A DNA stretch of 32,000 bases from Vibrio vulnificus CMCP6. Lineage in GTDB: Bacteria; Pseudomonadota; Gammaproteobacteria; Enterobacterales; Vibrionaceae. The stretch is taken from contig NC_004460.2 in the NCBI RefSeq assembly GCF_000039765.1, forward strand, positions 1,470,001 to 1,502,000, in the 5' to 3' direction. A model generated the notes under the pieces. That model saw only the letters and a list, made by a program, of their open reading frames with translations, did no database searches and was not told the DNA's origin. Below, one piece after another: positions 23,624-32,000 of this stretch (position 1 is its first letter; each line of letters begins with the position of its first letter). A program made the translations under genes and the position numbers.

Positions 23624-25483
23624 ATGACCAACCTGATCGAACCCGAAGTCATCTGCTTAGATCTGAACGCCAACAGCAAAGAAGAAGTGCTGATTGAATT
23701 GGTGGAGTTGTTGGATAAAGCGGGGAAATTGACCGATAAACAGCAATTTTTAAAGGATATTTGGCTAAGAGAAGAGATTGGCAATACCGGTTTTGAAGAG
23801 GGAATTGCCATTCCCCACGCCAAAAGTCACGCTGTTGCCTTACCCGCTGTGGTGGTGGGGATCAGCCGCCAAGGGATTGATTATGGCGCGGAAGATGGTC
23901 AGCTTTCCGACGTGTTTTTTATGCTCGCCTCCCCCGATGGCGAAGATCATCACCACATTGAAGTGTTGGCACAAATCTCCAGTAAATTGATTGAAGAGGG
24001 TTTTGTTGAGAAGCTCAAAGCCGCGGAAAATGTCGATCAGGCGCGAGCGTTGTTTGTGGACCACAACGGTGCAAACACCACGCAAGGGCATGGCATGGGT
24101 GAGTATGTTCATCAGCCGCTTAGCCCGATGGCGCAACGCGTCGCACGTATTAAGGAGCATCTGTTGTTTGGCACCTCTCATATGATGCCGTTTATTGTCG
24201 CGGGTGGGGTGCTACTGTCGCTTTCTGTAATGATCACCGGACATGGCGCCGTGCCAGAGCAGGGAGTATTAGCGGACATCGCGCAAATGGGTATTGCTGG
24301 CCTCACCTTGTTTACCGTGGTACTTGGTGGTTACATCGCCTATTCCATGGCAGACAAACCGGGTTTAGCGCCGGGGATGATTGGCACTTGGATTGCGGTC
24401 AACCAATACCATACGGGCTTTTTAGGCGCGATCATTGTGGGCTTTTGGGCGGGGTTTGTGGTGCGTCAGCTGAAAAAAATCGAGCTTCCCGACAGCATGA
24501 GCTCACTCGGCTCCATTTTCATCTATCCTCTGGTCGGAACGTTCATCACTTGTGGCGCGATCATGTGGGTGATTGGCTCTCCTATCGCCAGCAGCATGTT
24601 ATGGCTCAATCAATTTCTGGCTTCGATGGCCGATTCTGGCAAAGTTGCTTTAGGCGCAGTGCTGGGAGCGATGACCGCGTTTGACATGGGCGGGCCAATC
24701 AACAAAGTCGCCACGCTGTTTGCCCAAACGCAAGTGAACACCCAACCTTGGTTGATGGGCGGGGTCGGCATTGCAATTTGTACCCCACCATTGGGGATGG
24801 CGCTGGCCACGCTGTTGTCACCCAGTAAATTCAAACGTGATGAACGTGAGGCGGGTAAAGCGGCCGGCATTATGGGCATGATTGGCATCAGCGAAGGGGC
24901 GATTCCGTTTGCAGCGGCGGATCCCGCACGTGTGCTGCCGGCAATCATTGCTGGTGGCATTGTCGGCAACGTGATTGGCTTTCTCTTCCAAGTACTCAAT
25001 CATGCGCCTTGGGGTGGCTGGATTGTGCTTCCTGTCGTTGATGGAAAAATTGGCTATATCGTCGGCACGATTGCTGGTGCCATGACCACGGCGCTGATCG
25101 CCATTGCTCTGAAGAAAACCGTCAATGAAGACGAGAATTCGCCAGGCGATACACTGGCATACTCTTCGGTAGTGGGGGAAGGCCAAGCCGATATTCTCGC
25201 CGTCACTTCGTGCCCTTCTGGTGTTGCGCATACTTTCTTGGCCGCGAAATCGCTGGAAAAGGCGGCATGCCTGCTCGGAGTGAAAATCAAAGTGGAAACG
25301 CAAGGCGCCAACGGCATCATTAATCGAATTACTGCCAAAGATGTCCAAAGGGCCAAGTTGGTGATCTTCGCCCACGACGTCGCCATCAAAGAACCTGAAC
25401 GCTTTAAGCACATTAAGGTCATCGACGTCACCACCAAAGATGCAATTTTGAATGCCGCGGCATTGATGCAGATGAAAAAGTAG
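23624..25483 (+). CDS. fructose-family PTS permease, EIIA-EIIC-EIIB fusion (substrate unknown)
   Basis: EIIA GIAIPHAKS. EIIC LLFGTSHMMPFIVAGG ... AFDMGGPINK ... GISEGAIPFAA. C-terminal EIIB AVTSCPSGVAHTF. Start placed at the ATG at 23624 (MTNLIEPEV...), which aligns with the other EIIA N-termini. Confidence 0.9.
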   Translation: MTNLIEPEVICLDLNANSKEEVLIELVELLDKAGKLTDKQQFLKDIWLREEIGNTGFEEGIAIPHAKSHAVALPAVVVGISRQGIDYGAEDGQLSDVFFMLASPDGEDHHHIEVLAQISSKLIEEGFVEKLKAAENVDQARALFVDHNGANTTQGHGMGEYVHQPLSPMAQRVARIKEHLLFGTSHMMPFIVAGGVLLSLSVMITGHGAVPEQGVLADIAQMGIAGLTLFTVVLGGYIAYSMADKPGLAPGMIGTWIAVNQYHTGFLGAIIVGFWAGFVVRQLKKIELPDSMSSLGSIFIYPLVGTFITCGAIMWVIGSPIASSMLWLNQFLASMADSGKVALGAVLGAMTAFDMGGPINKVATLFAQTQVNTQPWLMGGVGIAICTPPLGMALATLLSPSKFKRDEREAGKAAGIMGMIGISEGAIPFAAADPARVLPAIIAGGIVGNVIGFLFQVLNHAPWGGWIVLPVVDGKIGYIVGTIAGAMTTALIAIALKKTVNEDENSPGDTLAYSSVVGEGQADILAVTSCPSGVAHTFLAAKSLEKAACLLGVKIKVETQGANGIINRITAKDVQRAKLVIFAHDVAIKEPERFKHIKVIDVTTKDAILNAAALMQMKK

Positions 25484-25510
25484 CCAACGACACGGCTGTT
25501 ATTAGGTGCG

Positions 25511-26893
25511 TTAACAGGATTGGGTTATTGCTGCAGCGAGCAGACTCAGCTCATCTTGCACTTCTTGGGTTAATTCAAACCCAATGTTGATGCGCAGGCA
25601 GTCGTTGTAGAGCGACAACGTACTGAACAGTTGCCCTAAGCGGATATCGATCCGGTTCTCTTCGAGCAACGCGGCGAATTGGCTCAGATTCAAACCAGGA
25701 ACTTGCAGCCAGAGCACCATGCCTCCTTGTGGGTGACTGATATTCACTTTACTTGGTAGCCGCTCAGACAAAAAGGCGAGATAGGCTTGTCGTAAGGACA
25801 ACAGCTTGCTGCGACGGCGCTTTAACTGCTTAGCGTAGTGGCCCGTTTCGATAAAGTCGGCAATAGCTAACTGGATCGGTAAAGAGACGCCAAAACAGGC
25901 TGCACTGTGCTGTTGCTGATAGCGCTCCATGAACCGTCCGGGTAGACACCAGCCGAGACGATAACTGGGCGACAAACTCTTAGAGACAGAGCCACACCAA
26001 AGGATGAAACCATCTTGGTCATAGCATTTCGCTGGCAGAGGTGTGTGCTCAGAATAGGACAGTTCTAAGTAGACATCATCTTCAATCATCGGCACTTGAT
26101 AGTGATTAGCAAGCTCGGCCAGCTTCTGTTTTTGCTGCGCCGACATGGTGATCCCCTGAGGGTTCATGTGCGAGGTGCAAAATACGCCCGCTTTTACGAC
26201 GCCTTGTTGCAAATGCGCTTCCAACTGTTGCAGATCGATCCCATCGTCCAAAGAGGGGATTTCGACGATCTGTCGTCCCATTTGCCCAAGCAAATCCAAA
26301 ATTCCACTAAAACAAGGTGAACTAATCGCGATGGTATCACCGACTTGGGTACAGGCTTCAAGTGCAGCCTTGATGGCTGGCATGCAGCCTGAGGTGATGA
26401 TCAACTCAGCCGGATTGATATGCAGCCCAAGCTTGGCGAAATGATCGCTCAGCGCGTGACGCAAAGATGGTTCCCCACGGGTGTTCGGATATTGGTTGAG
26501 GCGTTTTCCTATCCGTTTACTCGCACGTCGAAAACTACGCTCCAACTCGTTTAACGCAGTTTCATCGATATTGGTGCTGGAAATGCCGAGCGGCCCATTA
26601 TGTGGGGAGTGAATCGCGAAGCTTTGATTGACGGTTGAGACCTGGCTGACAAATTGCGCCCATTCTGGCGTTTTGTGTTTGCTGCGCTGTGGTGCAACGT
26701 AATAGCCCGCTTGCGGGCGAGCATGAATCCATCCTTGGGATTCTAATTCCTGATAGCAACTGACGGCAGTCGACATACTTACGCCCTGCTGCTTAGACAG
26801 CTGACGGAGCGAAGGCATTCGGTTTCCTTCTGCAAGTTTTCCTGTTTCGATTTCACGAATAAACTGATTTGCCAACGCTCTATAAATGCTCAT
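25511..26893 (-). CDS. MocR/PdxR-type regulator (GntR wHTH fused to a fold-type I aminotransferase-like domain)
   Basis: N-terminal MSIYRALANQFIREIETGKLAEGNRMPSLRQLSKQQGVSMSTAVSCYQELESQGWI is a GntR HTH. A PLP-enzyme-like domain of about 350 aa follows (...SVSKSL...). Start set at the ATG at 26893. Confidence 0.9.
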   Translation of the reverse strand: MSIYRALANQFIREIETGKLAEGNRMPSLRQLSKQQGVSMSTAVSCYQELESQGWIHARPQAGYYVAPQRSKHKTPEWAQFVSQVSTVNQSFAIHSPHNGPLGISSTNIDETALNELERSFRRASKRIGKRLNQYPNTRGEPSLRHALSDHFAKLGLHINPAELIITSGCMPAIKAALEACTQVGDTIAISSPCFSGILDLLGQMGRQIVEIPSLDDGIDLQQLEAHLQQGVVKAGVFCTSHMNPQGITMSAQQKQKLAELANHYQVPMIEDDVYLELSYSEHTPLPAKCYDQDGFILWCGSVSKSLSPSYRLGWCLPGRFMERYQQQHSAACFGVSLPIQLAIADFIETGHYAKQLKRRRSKLLSLRQAYLAFLSERLPSKVNISHPQGGMVLWLQVPGLNLSQFAALLEENRIDIRLGQLFSTLSLYNDCLRINIGFELTQEVQDELSLLAAAITQSC

Positions 26894-26900
26894 TGCCTTC

Positions 26901-26950
26901 AACTGTACTGGTTTTTGCGTAAAAAATTGTATCTGTACCGTTAACTGTAC
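26901..26950. promoter_or_regulatory. three CTGTAC-containing direct repeats in the mocR-eamA divergent region; candidate MocR operator
   Basis: AACTGTAC (26901-26908), ATCTGTAC (26931-26938) and AACTGTAC (26943-26950) lie in the 96-nt intergenic region. Confidence 0.35.
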
Positions 26951-26989
26951 CCAAGTCATACTCTTTTTCAACCAAAAGGGAGGAGAGTG

Positions 26990-27889
26990 ATGAGTCGAAA
27001 CGATTTATTTTTAGCCATTTTTGTTATGGCAATATGGGGATTTAACTTCTCGATGATCAAGTTGGGGATTACGGACGTGCATCCACTATTGGCCACCGCA
27101 GCGCGATTTAGTTTGGCGGTGATCCCCGCGATATTTTTTATTGCCCGTCCCAACGTTGCTTGGCGTTATCTATTGGCTTACGGCGTGGTGTTTGGCGTGG
27201 GCATCTGGGGCATGGCTTCTTGGTCGATCACGGCAGGCCTCTCATCGGGTATGTCTTCGGTTTTACTTTCATCGAATGCATTGATTAGCATGGCCGTTGG
27301 TATCTTGGTTCATAAAGAGTCGGCGTCAAAGCGTAAAGTGCTTGGCGCGGGTATGGCGTTGGTCGCTCTGCTGATATTGGTTTCCGCGACGAATGGCAAC
27401 ATTACCATGCAGGGGCTGATGTTTATTATGATTGCAGCCACGTGCTGGACGGTGATGGGGATGATCGTCAAAGCCTCTAAAACCACTCAAGCGTTTGCTT
27501 TCAATGTATGGGGGATGCTTTTTGCGCCCATTCCGCTGGTGCTGTTTGCCGTGGTGCTCTATGGCCCTGAGATCATTGAACAAGCAGTGAAGGTTTGGGA
27601 TGTCAGCACCACCGTGGCGGTGGTTTTTCAAGCTTATCCCACCACCTTGTTTGGTTATTGGGTGTGGAATCGACTACTGATTCGCTACCCACTCAGTACC
27701 ACAGCACCACTGACTTTGTTGGTGCCCGTGTTTGCCTTGGTCTCTGGTTATTTTATGTATGATGAAGTGCTTGGCAGTGCGCAAATTCTCGCGTGTGTCC
27801 TGTTTTTTGTGGGCATCGGTTTGATTGTGAAACCGGCAGGGAAGGGGCAAACGTTGTCACGCTATTCTCCTCAAGTCAGCAAAACCTAA
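26990..27889 (+). CDS. EamA-family (DMT superfamily) transporter
   Basis: About 10 hydrophobic helices and a two-EamA-repeat architecture. GGGAGGAG Shine-Dalgarno at 26978-26985 precedes the ATG at 26990. Confidence 0.85.
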   Translation: MSRNDLFLAIFVMAIWGFNFSMIKLGITDVHPLLATAARFSLAVIPAIFFIARPNVAWRYLLAYGVVFGVGIWGMASWSITAGLSSGMSSVLLSSNALISMAVGILVHKESASKRKVLGAGMALVALLILVSATNGNITMQGLMFIMIAATCWTVMGMIVKASKTTQAFAFNVWGMLFAPIPLVLFAVVLYGPEIIEQAVKVWDVSTTVAVVFQAYPTTLFGYWVWNRLLIRYPLSTTAPLTLLVPVFALVSGYFMYDEVLGSAQILACVLFFVGIGLIVKPAGKGQTLSRYSPQVSKT

Positions 27890-27895
27890 TGCTGG

Positions 27896-27928
27896 AAATA
27901 AAAAAGAGCCCTTGGGGGAAAGGGCTCT
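27896..27928 (-). terminator. rho-independent terminator of the EIIA-EIICB operon
   Basis: AGAGCCCTT (27905-27913), loop GGGGGA, AAGGGCTCT (27920-27928). On the minus strand this is followed by TTTTTTATTT. Confidence 0.75.
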
Positions 27929-27946
27929 GGGGGAGGAGCTTAAGAT

Positions 27947-29350
27947 TTAAGCTTGGATAAGTTCGGCGGCTTTTTTCATCGCCTCCTTGGTCGAACATTC
28001 GATGACTTTCGCGTTGGCAAAGCGGTGTGCATCTTTCACTTGGATATCGTGAGCCAGAATAACCAGCTTCGCGTTTGCCACATCTAGGTCTGTGATGCGG
28101 TTTTGAATGCCGTTTTGACCTTGTGTTTCTACTTTGATCTTGATTCCCGCTGCCGCGCCTGCTTTCTCTAGCGCTTTCGCAGCCATAAAGGTGTGTGCTA
28201 CGCCAGATGGGCAACATGTTACTGCGACGATGTCGTACTCGCCTTCGCCTGCTGCTGGAGCCGCTTGAGCTTGTGCAGGTGCTGCTTCAACGATTTCGTC
28301 TTCTGCTTCTTCTTCCGCGACTGGTTTCCAGAAGCCAACGATAAGAGCGGTTGTTAGTGAGCCTAGTGCGATACCCACAACGTACATTGGGATGTTGCTT
28401 GATACAGGAGCTGTGATTAGACCACCCCATGGTGCGTGCAGTAGTACGTCTGTTAGGAAGCCGAACACACAGCCAACGATACCACCAGCAACGATTGAAG
28501 GAAGCACGCGCATTGGGTCATTTGCTGCGAATGGGATAGCACCTTCAGAGATACCGATAGAGCCCATGATTGCTGCTGCTTTACCTGCTTCTTGCTCTTG
28601 CTTAGTGAACTTCTTCTTGAATAGGAATGTTGCTAGTGCCATACCTAGAGGAGGCGTACAGATTGCGATACCAACACCACCCATTAGCCATGGTTGAGTA
28701 TCAACTTGAGTTTGAGCGAATAGCGTTGCGACTTTGTTGATTGGACCGCCCATATCGAACGCCGTCATACCACCAAGAATCGTACCTAGAACCACTTTAG
28801 AAGCGCCAGCCATAGAAGCTAGGAATTCGTTCATAGAAGCCATGAAGATCTTGATTGGCTCACCGATACCCCATAAAACGATACCTGCAGAGATAAGCGT
28901 ACCTAGTAGAGGGTAGATGAAGTAAGCGCCCAACGCAGTCATGTTAGCAGAAAGAGGGATCTTCTTAAGTTGGAATACCACACCACCTGCGATGAAGCCC
29001 GCTACGATACAACCAAGAAAGCCGCCGCCCATGTCAGCCATGATGCCAGAAGAGATCATCGCTGGCGCTAGTGCTGGTTTGTCTGCAATGGAGTAACCGA
29101 TGAAGCCACCAAGAATAATTGGGAACAGCACCAGACCTTTAATGCCGATATTAGAAATATCCGCCAATAAACCGTCCGCAGGAACCGCACCTTTACCTGA
29201 TGCCATGACCGCCAGCGCCAGTAGTACACCACCGGCAACGATAAATGGCAGCATGTGAGAAGTGCCAAATAAAAGGTGACCTTTCATGGTACTGAGAATT
29301 TTTTTGAAATCGCTACTATTATTAGTAGCTTGAGCGGTTAGGGTACTCAT
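27947..29350 (-). CDS. fructose-family PTS EIIC-EIIB (substrate unknown)
   Basis: LLFGTSHMLPFIVAGG ... AFDMGGPINKVATLFAQTQVDTQPWLMGGVGIAICTPPLGMA ... C-terminal AVTCCPSGVAHTF. Very similar to the EIIC-EIIB part of 23624..25483. Confidence 0.9.
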   Translation of the reverse strand: MSTLTAQATNNSSDFKKILSTMKGHLLFGTSHMLPFIVAGGVLLALAVMASGKGAVPADGLLADISNIGIKGLVLFPIILGGFIGYSIADKPALAPAMISSGIMADMGGGFLGCIVAGFIAGGVVFQLKKIPLSANMTALGAYFIYPLLGTLISAGIVLWGIGEPIKIFMASMNEFLASMAGASKVVLGTILGGMTAFDMGGPINKVATLFAQTQVDTQPWLMGGVGIAICTPPLGMALATFLFKKKFTKQEQEAGKAAAIMGSIGISEGAIPFAANDPMRVLPSIVAGGIVGCVFGFLTDVLLHAPWGGLITAPVSSNIPMYVVGIALGSLTTALIVGFWKPVAEEEAEDEIVEAAPAQAQAAPAAGEGEYDIVAVTCCPSGVAHTFMAAKALEKAGAAAGIKIKVETQGQNGIQNRITDLDVANAKLVILAHDIQVKDAHRFANAKVIECSTKEAMKKAAELIQA

Positions 29351-29361
29351 AATTTCACGCC

Positions 29362-29802
29362 TTATGATTGAATTAAAATATTAAGAATTTGAAGTTCGTC
29401 TTTTGCGTTATGAATATCTTCAATAAACTCTTCGCTAAATTTTCCGAATAATTCTTGAAGAACATAAATATGGTGGTTGGCACCGTTATCGGGTGAGGCA
29501 ATCATGAAGAATACGGTCGGTTTGACGCCCTCTTCGTCGCCATACTCGATGCCTTCGCGCTTTACGCCAACAGCGATGGCAGGCTCTGTCACCGCTTTGC
29601 TTTTTGCGTGCGGGTAAGCGATGCCGTCCATTGAAGTCACGCTTAATGCTTCACGTGCTTCGATGTCGGTTAAAAAAGCCTCTTTGCTACTGATTCGATT
29701 ATTTTCGAATAGCATTTGTGCGAGTTCCTCAAAGACTTCTTTTTTATTATTTGCTTGAAGTTTGCCTTTGATTAAATTGACGTTTGTTAGTTCGGTAATC
29801 AT
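29362..29802 (-). CDS. fructose/Ntr-type PTS EIIA (standalone)
   Basis: 146 aa with the GIAYPHAKS phosphorylation motif. Its stop lies 11 nt before the EIICB start. Confidence 0.9.
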   Translation of the reverse strand: MITELTNVNLIKGKLQANNKKEVFEELAQMLFENNRISSKEAFLTDIEAREALSVTSMDGIAYPHAKSKAVTEPAIAVGVKREGIEYGDEEGVKPTVFFMIASPDNGANHHIYVLQELFGKFSEEFIEDIHNAKDELQILNILIQS

Positions 29803-30069
29803 TTATTTGCTCATGAAGGTATTTAACTGATGAGCTAAAATTAATGGATGTAGAGTGTTACCGAAATAGCAAAAATAATTCACTCACTATACTTTTGTAC
29901 CACACGTAATTAAGTGTGATGGAAGTCATTCTGTAAAAGATGATCGGAATTGAGCGTAATTGAAGGGGATTTTATATATTGTTTGTCATTTTTCGCTTGA
30001 AAAATAGTGCGATAGTCAGTGACCACAACAAAGCTATCACACTCGTGAGTAAAAAGGAGGACGAACAAA

Positions 30070-30729
30070 CTAACCCCAATGCAATACCGTCCAGTTGGGG
30101 CGATGGGCATGTTGCTTAAGTAGCGGACAGGGATTCACCAAATAGGCGAAATCGGCGTACTCGCACAAGGGTAAATCGTTGATGGAGTCGGTATAGAAGT
30201 GAATCTCGCTGTAGTGCTTTGGCTGAGTTTCTTGCCACTGTTGTAACCGAGTGACTTTACCTTGGCGGTAGCTTGGTACGCCCTCAATTTCTGTGCTATA
30301 GCGGCCATGAACTTCCCGCATATTGATGCCTAAAGTTTGTCGGATCCCGATACATCGGCCGACTTCTGCTACTAAAAAACTGACACTGGCAGAGATGATC
30401 AACATATCTATTCCCTCATTAGCCAAGTGGTTAATGAGCGTGTTCGCTTGCGGGAAAAGCTTGTCCAAAATGCGCGTTTCAACGCACTCTTTGACCAACA
30501 GCTCAACCTCACAGGTAGTGAGGTTTGCAAGGGGAGCGATGGAGAAGCGCAGGTAATCTTCCATGTCCATTTTTCCCTGTGCATACAACGCCATAAGGCG
30601 TCGGTCTTCGGCGATAAAATCTGGAGAAGTGGCAATGCCTTTATCCACCAGAAACGCATTCCAGATCATCGCACAATCGCCTTGAATTAAGGTTTCATCA
30701 AGGTCAAATACATATAGGGGTGAAGGCAT
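30070..30729 (-). CDS. HAD-IB family hydrolase (SerB-like phosphatase fold)
   Basis: Motif I VFDLDETL directly after the ATG at 30729. DMLIISAS and FYTDSINDLPL are later HAD motifs. Confidence 0.85.
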   Translation of the reverse strand: MPSPLYVFDLDETLIQGDCAMIWNAFLVDKGIATSPDFIAEDRRLMALYAQGKMDMEDYLRFSIAPLANLTTCEVELLVKECVETRILDKLFPQANTLINHLANEGIDMLIISASVSFLVAEVGRCIGIRQTLGINMREVHGRYSTEIEGVPSYRQGKVTRLQQWQETQPKHYSEIHFYTDSINDLPLCEYADFAYLVNPCPLLKQHAHRPNWTVLHWG

Positions 30730-30991
30730 CGCACATCTCTTGGGTTGGTGTTGGCTGGGCTCGACTATCGCAGAGAGAGGAGCAAGCATGGTGTGATGAG
30801 ATTACGTCATTTCTATTGCAGGTTTATGTCAGGTGTTTTTGGTGGCTATTGTTTTTGGCAGCAATTGTTTGTCGGGAGAAACTGCTTTCGCCTCTGAGTA
30901 TTTGGTTGAGATTATTGAAAATAAAAAACGACGTGCAAAATTAAATTGAACTGCTATCATTCCTTGCATCAATAAGTTGAGGGTGTTGAAT

Positions 30992-31288
30992 ATGAAGTCT
31001 CTATTTGCGGTGTTATGCGCTGTTTCTTTGCCACTATGGGCGCAAGAGTCAGAGATTTTTCTACATCAATTAACCGAGTCCAAATTACTTGAAGAGGCGC
31101 CCATTCCGCCGGAATGTTTTAGCGACGCTTGTTTGGAAAAAGGGATGCGCAGCACTGTCCCTACTGCCGATGCGCCACCACGCGAGCCAAATGAAACGCT
31201 CGCCGTGATTGGGAGTGTTGTTTATGTGCTTGGTGAGTTTGGTTTGGCCGATCAGCGCTTCAAGGAAAGTGAACAACCGCTCAACTAA
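30992..31288 (+). CDS. small secreted protein of unknown function
   Basis: Signal-peptide-like MKSLFAVLCAVSLPLWAQE. GAGGG lies 8 nt upstream of the ATG at 30992. Confidence 0.55.
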   Translation: MKSLFAVLCAVSLPLWAQESEIFLHQLTESKLLEEAPIPPECFSDACLEKGMRSTVPTADAPPREPNETLAVIGSVVYVLGEFGLADQRFKESEQPLN

Positions 31289-31581
31289 TGTTCAATTCTT
31301 CTACTATTTCCCTCGTTTATCATTTGAACAAATTAGAGTAAAGACTCTGCTGTGCAGCGCCTTTTTGCTTATATCCGCTTCACATTCTGCATGATATTTC
31401 CCTAGGAAAGTTATGGATATTGAGTATGATGTCACACGGAGATTCCCCTAAATTTACTAGGGTTAAAAATGATAACAATTGAAGTAGCTCAGCGAGGCTG
31501 GAAAGTGGCCTCGTTTAAAGTAACTACGTTGCTTTTTTGCTGCCAAAGTCCGGTGAAACATCCCGGCCTAAGGGGTAACGT

Positions 31582-32000
31582 ATGATCCAAATTGTCATAG
31601 ACGGTAAATACCGTATCGTTGAGGCGGGGCAAACCGTTCTGCAAGCCGCCAAAGTGTGTGGGGTTGAGATTCCGTCTCTGTGTGGCATGAATCGTTCTGG
31701 TGAGAAGATTCCATGCGATTTGTGTGTTGTTGAGGTCGAAAGTGGCGGCACCCGCCGTGCTTGTGAGCTTGAAGTCTACAACGGCCTAACGGTAAACACG
31801 CAATCCGAAGCGCTGTCTGCGCATCGTAAACAGGCGCTCAACCGCATCATGAGTGACCACTACGCCGACTGCGAAGCGCCGTGCAAAACGGCGTGCCCTG
31901 CGGGCGTGGACATTCAATCCTATCTTTACCATATTGCGCAAAACGACCATCAAAAAGCGATTGAAGTGATCAAACGTACGCTGCCGATGCCTTTGTCAAT
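31582..32000 (+). CDS. 2Fe-2S ferredoxin-domain / glutamate synthase small-subunit-like NAD(P)H oxidoreductase; 5' part only, running off the window
   Basis: Absent from the ORF track because it has no stop codon. ATG at 31582 follows AAGGGG. Translation: MIQIVIDGKYRIVEAGQTVLQAAKVCGVEIPSLCGMNRSGEKIPCDLCVVEV...CEAPCKTACPAGVDIQSYLYHIAQNDHQKAIEVIKRTLPMP. That is a 2Fe-2S domain followed by a GltD-type N-terminal Fe-S region. Confidence 0.8.
   Translation, partial: MIQIVIDGKYRIVEAGQTVLQAAKVCGVEIPSLCGMNRSGEKIPCDLCVVEVESGGTRRACELEVYNGLTVNTQSEALSAHRKQALNRIMSDHYADCEAPCKTACPAGVDIQSYLYHIAQNDHQKAIEVIKRTLPMPLS

Noticed and set aside
1183-29268. Numerous internal or antisense track ORFs inside confident genes. 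Examples: 1183..1413, 1212..1472, 2972..3400, 3264..3812, 4519..4896, 5467..5745, 10514..10889, 13694..14153, 14805..15188, 19302..19811, 20514..20887, 24610..25437, 26096..26444, 27326..27631, 27876..28217, 28392..28916.
   Set aside because: Each is fully nested in, or antisense to, a longer ORF with clear family motifs. Their translations are low-complexity or Arg/Pro-rich, as expected for off-frame reads.
29915-29930. CRP-like site TGTGATGGAAGTCATT upstream of the EIIA-EIICB operon.
   Set aside because: Only the left half-site is good; the right half is TCATT rather than TCACA. It is plausible but not strong enough to list as a feature.
31289-31581. A 293-nt intergenic region before the GltD-like gene, with several short hairpins including CGAGGC-N9-GCCTCG at about 31492-31512. 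Considered as a riboswitch or sRNA.
   Set aside because: I recognised no known riboswitch core sequence. The hairpins are short and lack a clear terminator/antiterminator alternative.
1-32000. Searched for integron attC/VCR repeats, IS inverted repeats, integrase or transposase genes, CRISPR repeats, and tRNA or rRNA genes, especially around the three low-GC patches (189-787, 8480-10350, 29803-30069).
   Set aside because: Nothing recognisable was found. The boundaries of the 8.5-10.4 kb islet share only trivial matches of about 6 bp (CACATG), so no att-type direct repeat can be claimed.

Overview
This looks like a chromosomal segment of a Vibrio-like gammaproteobacterium. That call rests on gene content and a GC content of roughly 48-50% by eye. 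From memory, the PTS/manA block resembles the V. cholerae VC1820-VC1827 region, but a norRVW locus suggests a different Vibrio species. I cannot verify either point here.

Left to right the window contains:
- a small AT-rich islet with a 2-TM protein and an ATGA-coupled mini-ORF
- a TrmH-family RNA methyltransferase, a 7Fe ferredoxin (fdxA) and a COG2509 FAD oxidoreductase
- a Fur-box-flanked xenosiderophore module: TonB-dependent receptor, AraC/GyrI-like regulator and FhuF-like reductase
- a second low-GC islet with two tandem paralogous genes of unknown function
- norR, then a sigma54 promoter with three GT-N7-AC NorR sites, then norV, norW and a DUF1971/YeaR-like gene
- a lipoprotein with an internally duplicated domain, and a LuxR-type regulator
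- a roughly 12-kb fructose-family PTS supercluster: a manP-like EIIABC with manA, an AraC regulator, a standalone EIIB, an HPr-like-EIIA fusion, a fused EIIA-C-B permease, and a split EIIA + EIICB operon. A MocR-type regulator/EamA transporter pair interrupts it.
- a HAD-IB hydrolase, a small secreted protein, and the 5' end of a 2Fe-2S/GltD-like oxidoreductase

I saw no rRNA, tRNA, CRISPR array, IS element, integrase or integron attC repeat.

The best candidates for something undescribed are:
1. The tandem orphan paralog pair at about 8.68-10.35 kb. The first copy has no canonical start codon, and the two copies share a near-identical 71-nt patch.
2. The permease-less EIIB plus HPr-like-EIIA phosphorelay pair embedded in the PTS cluster.
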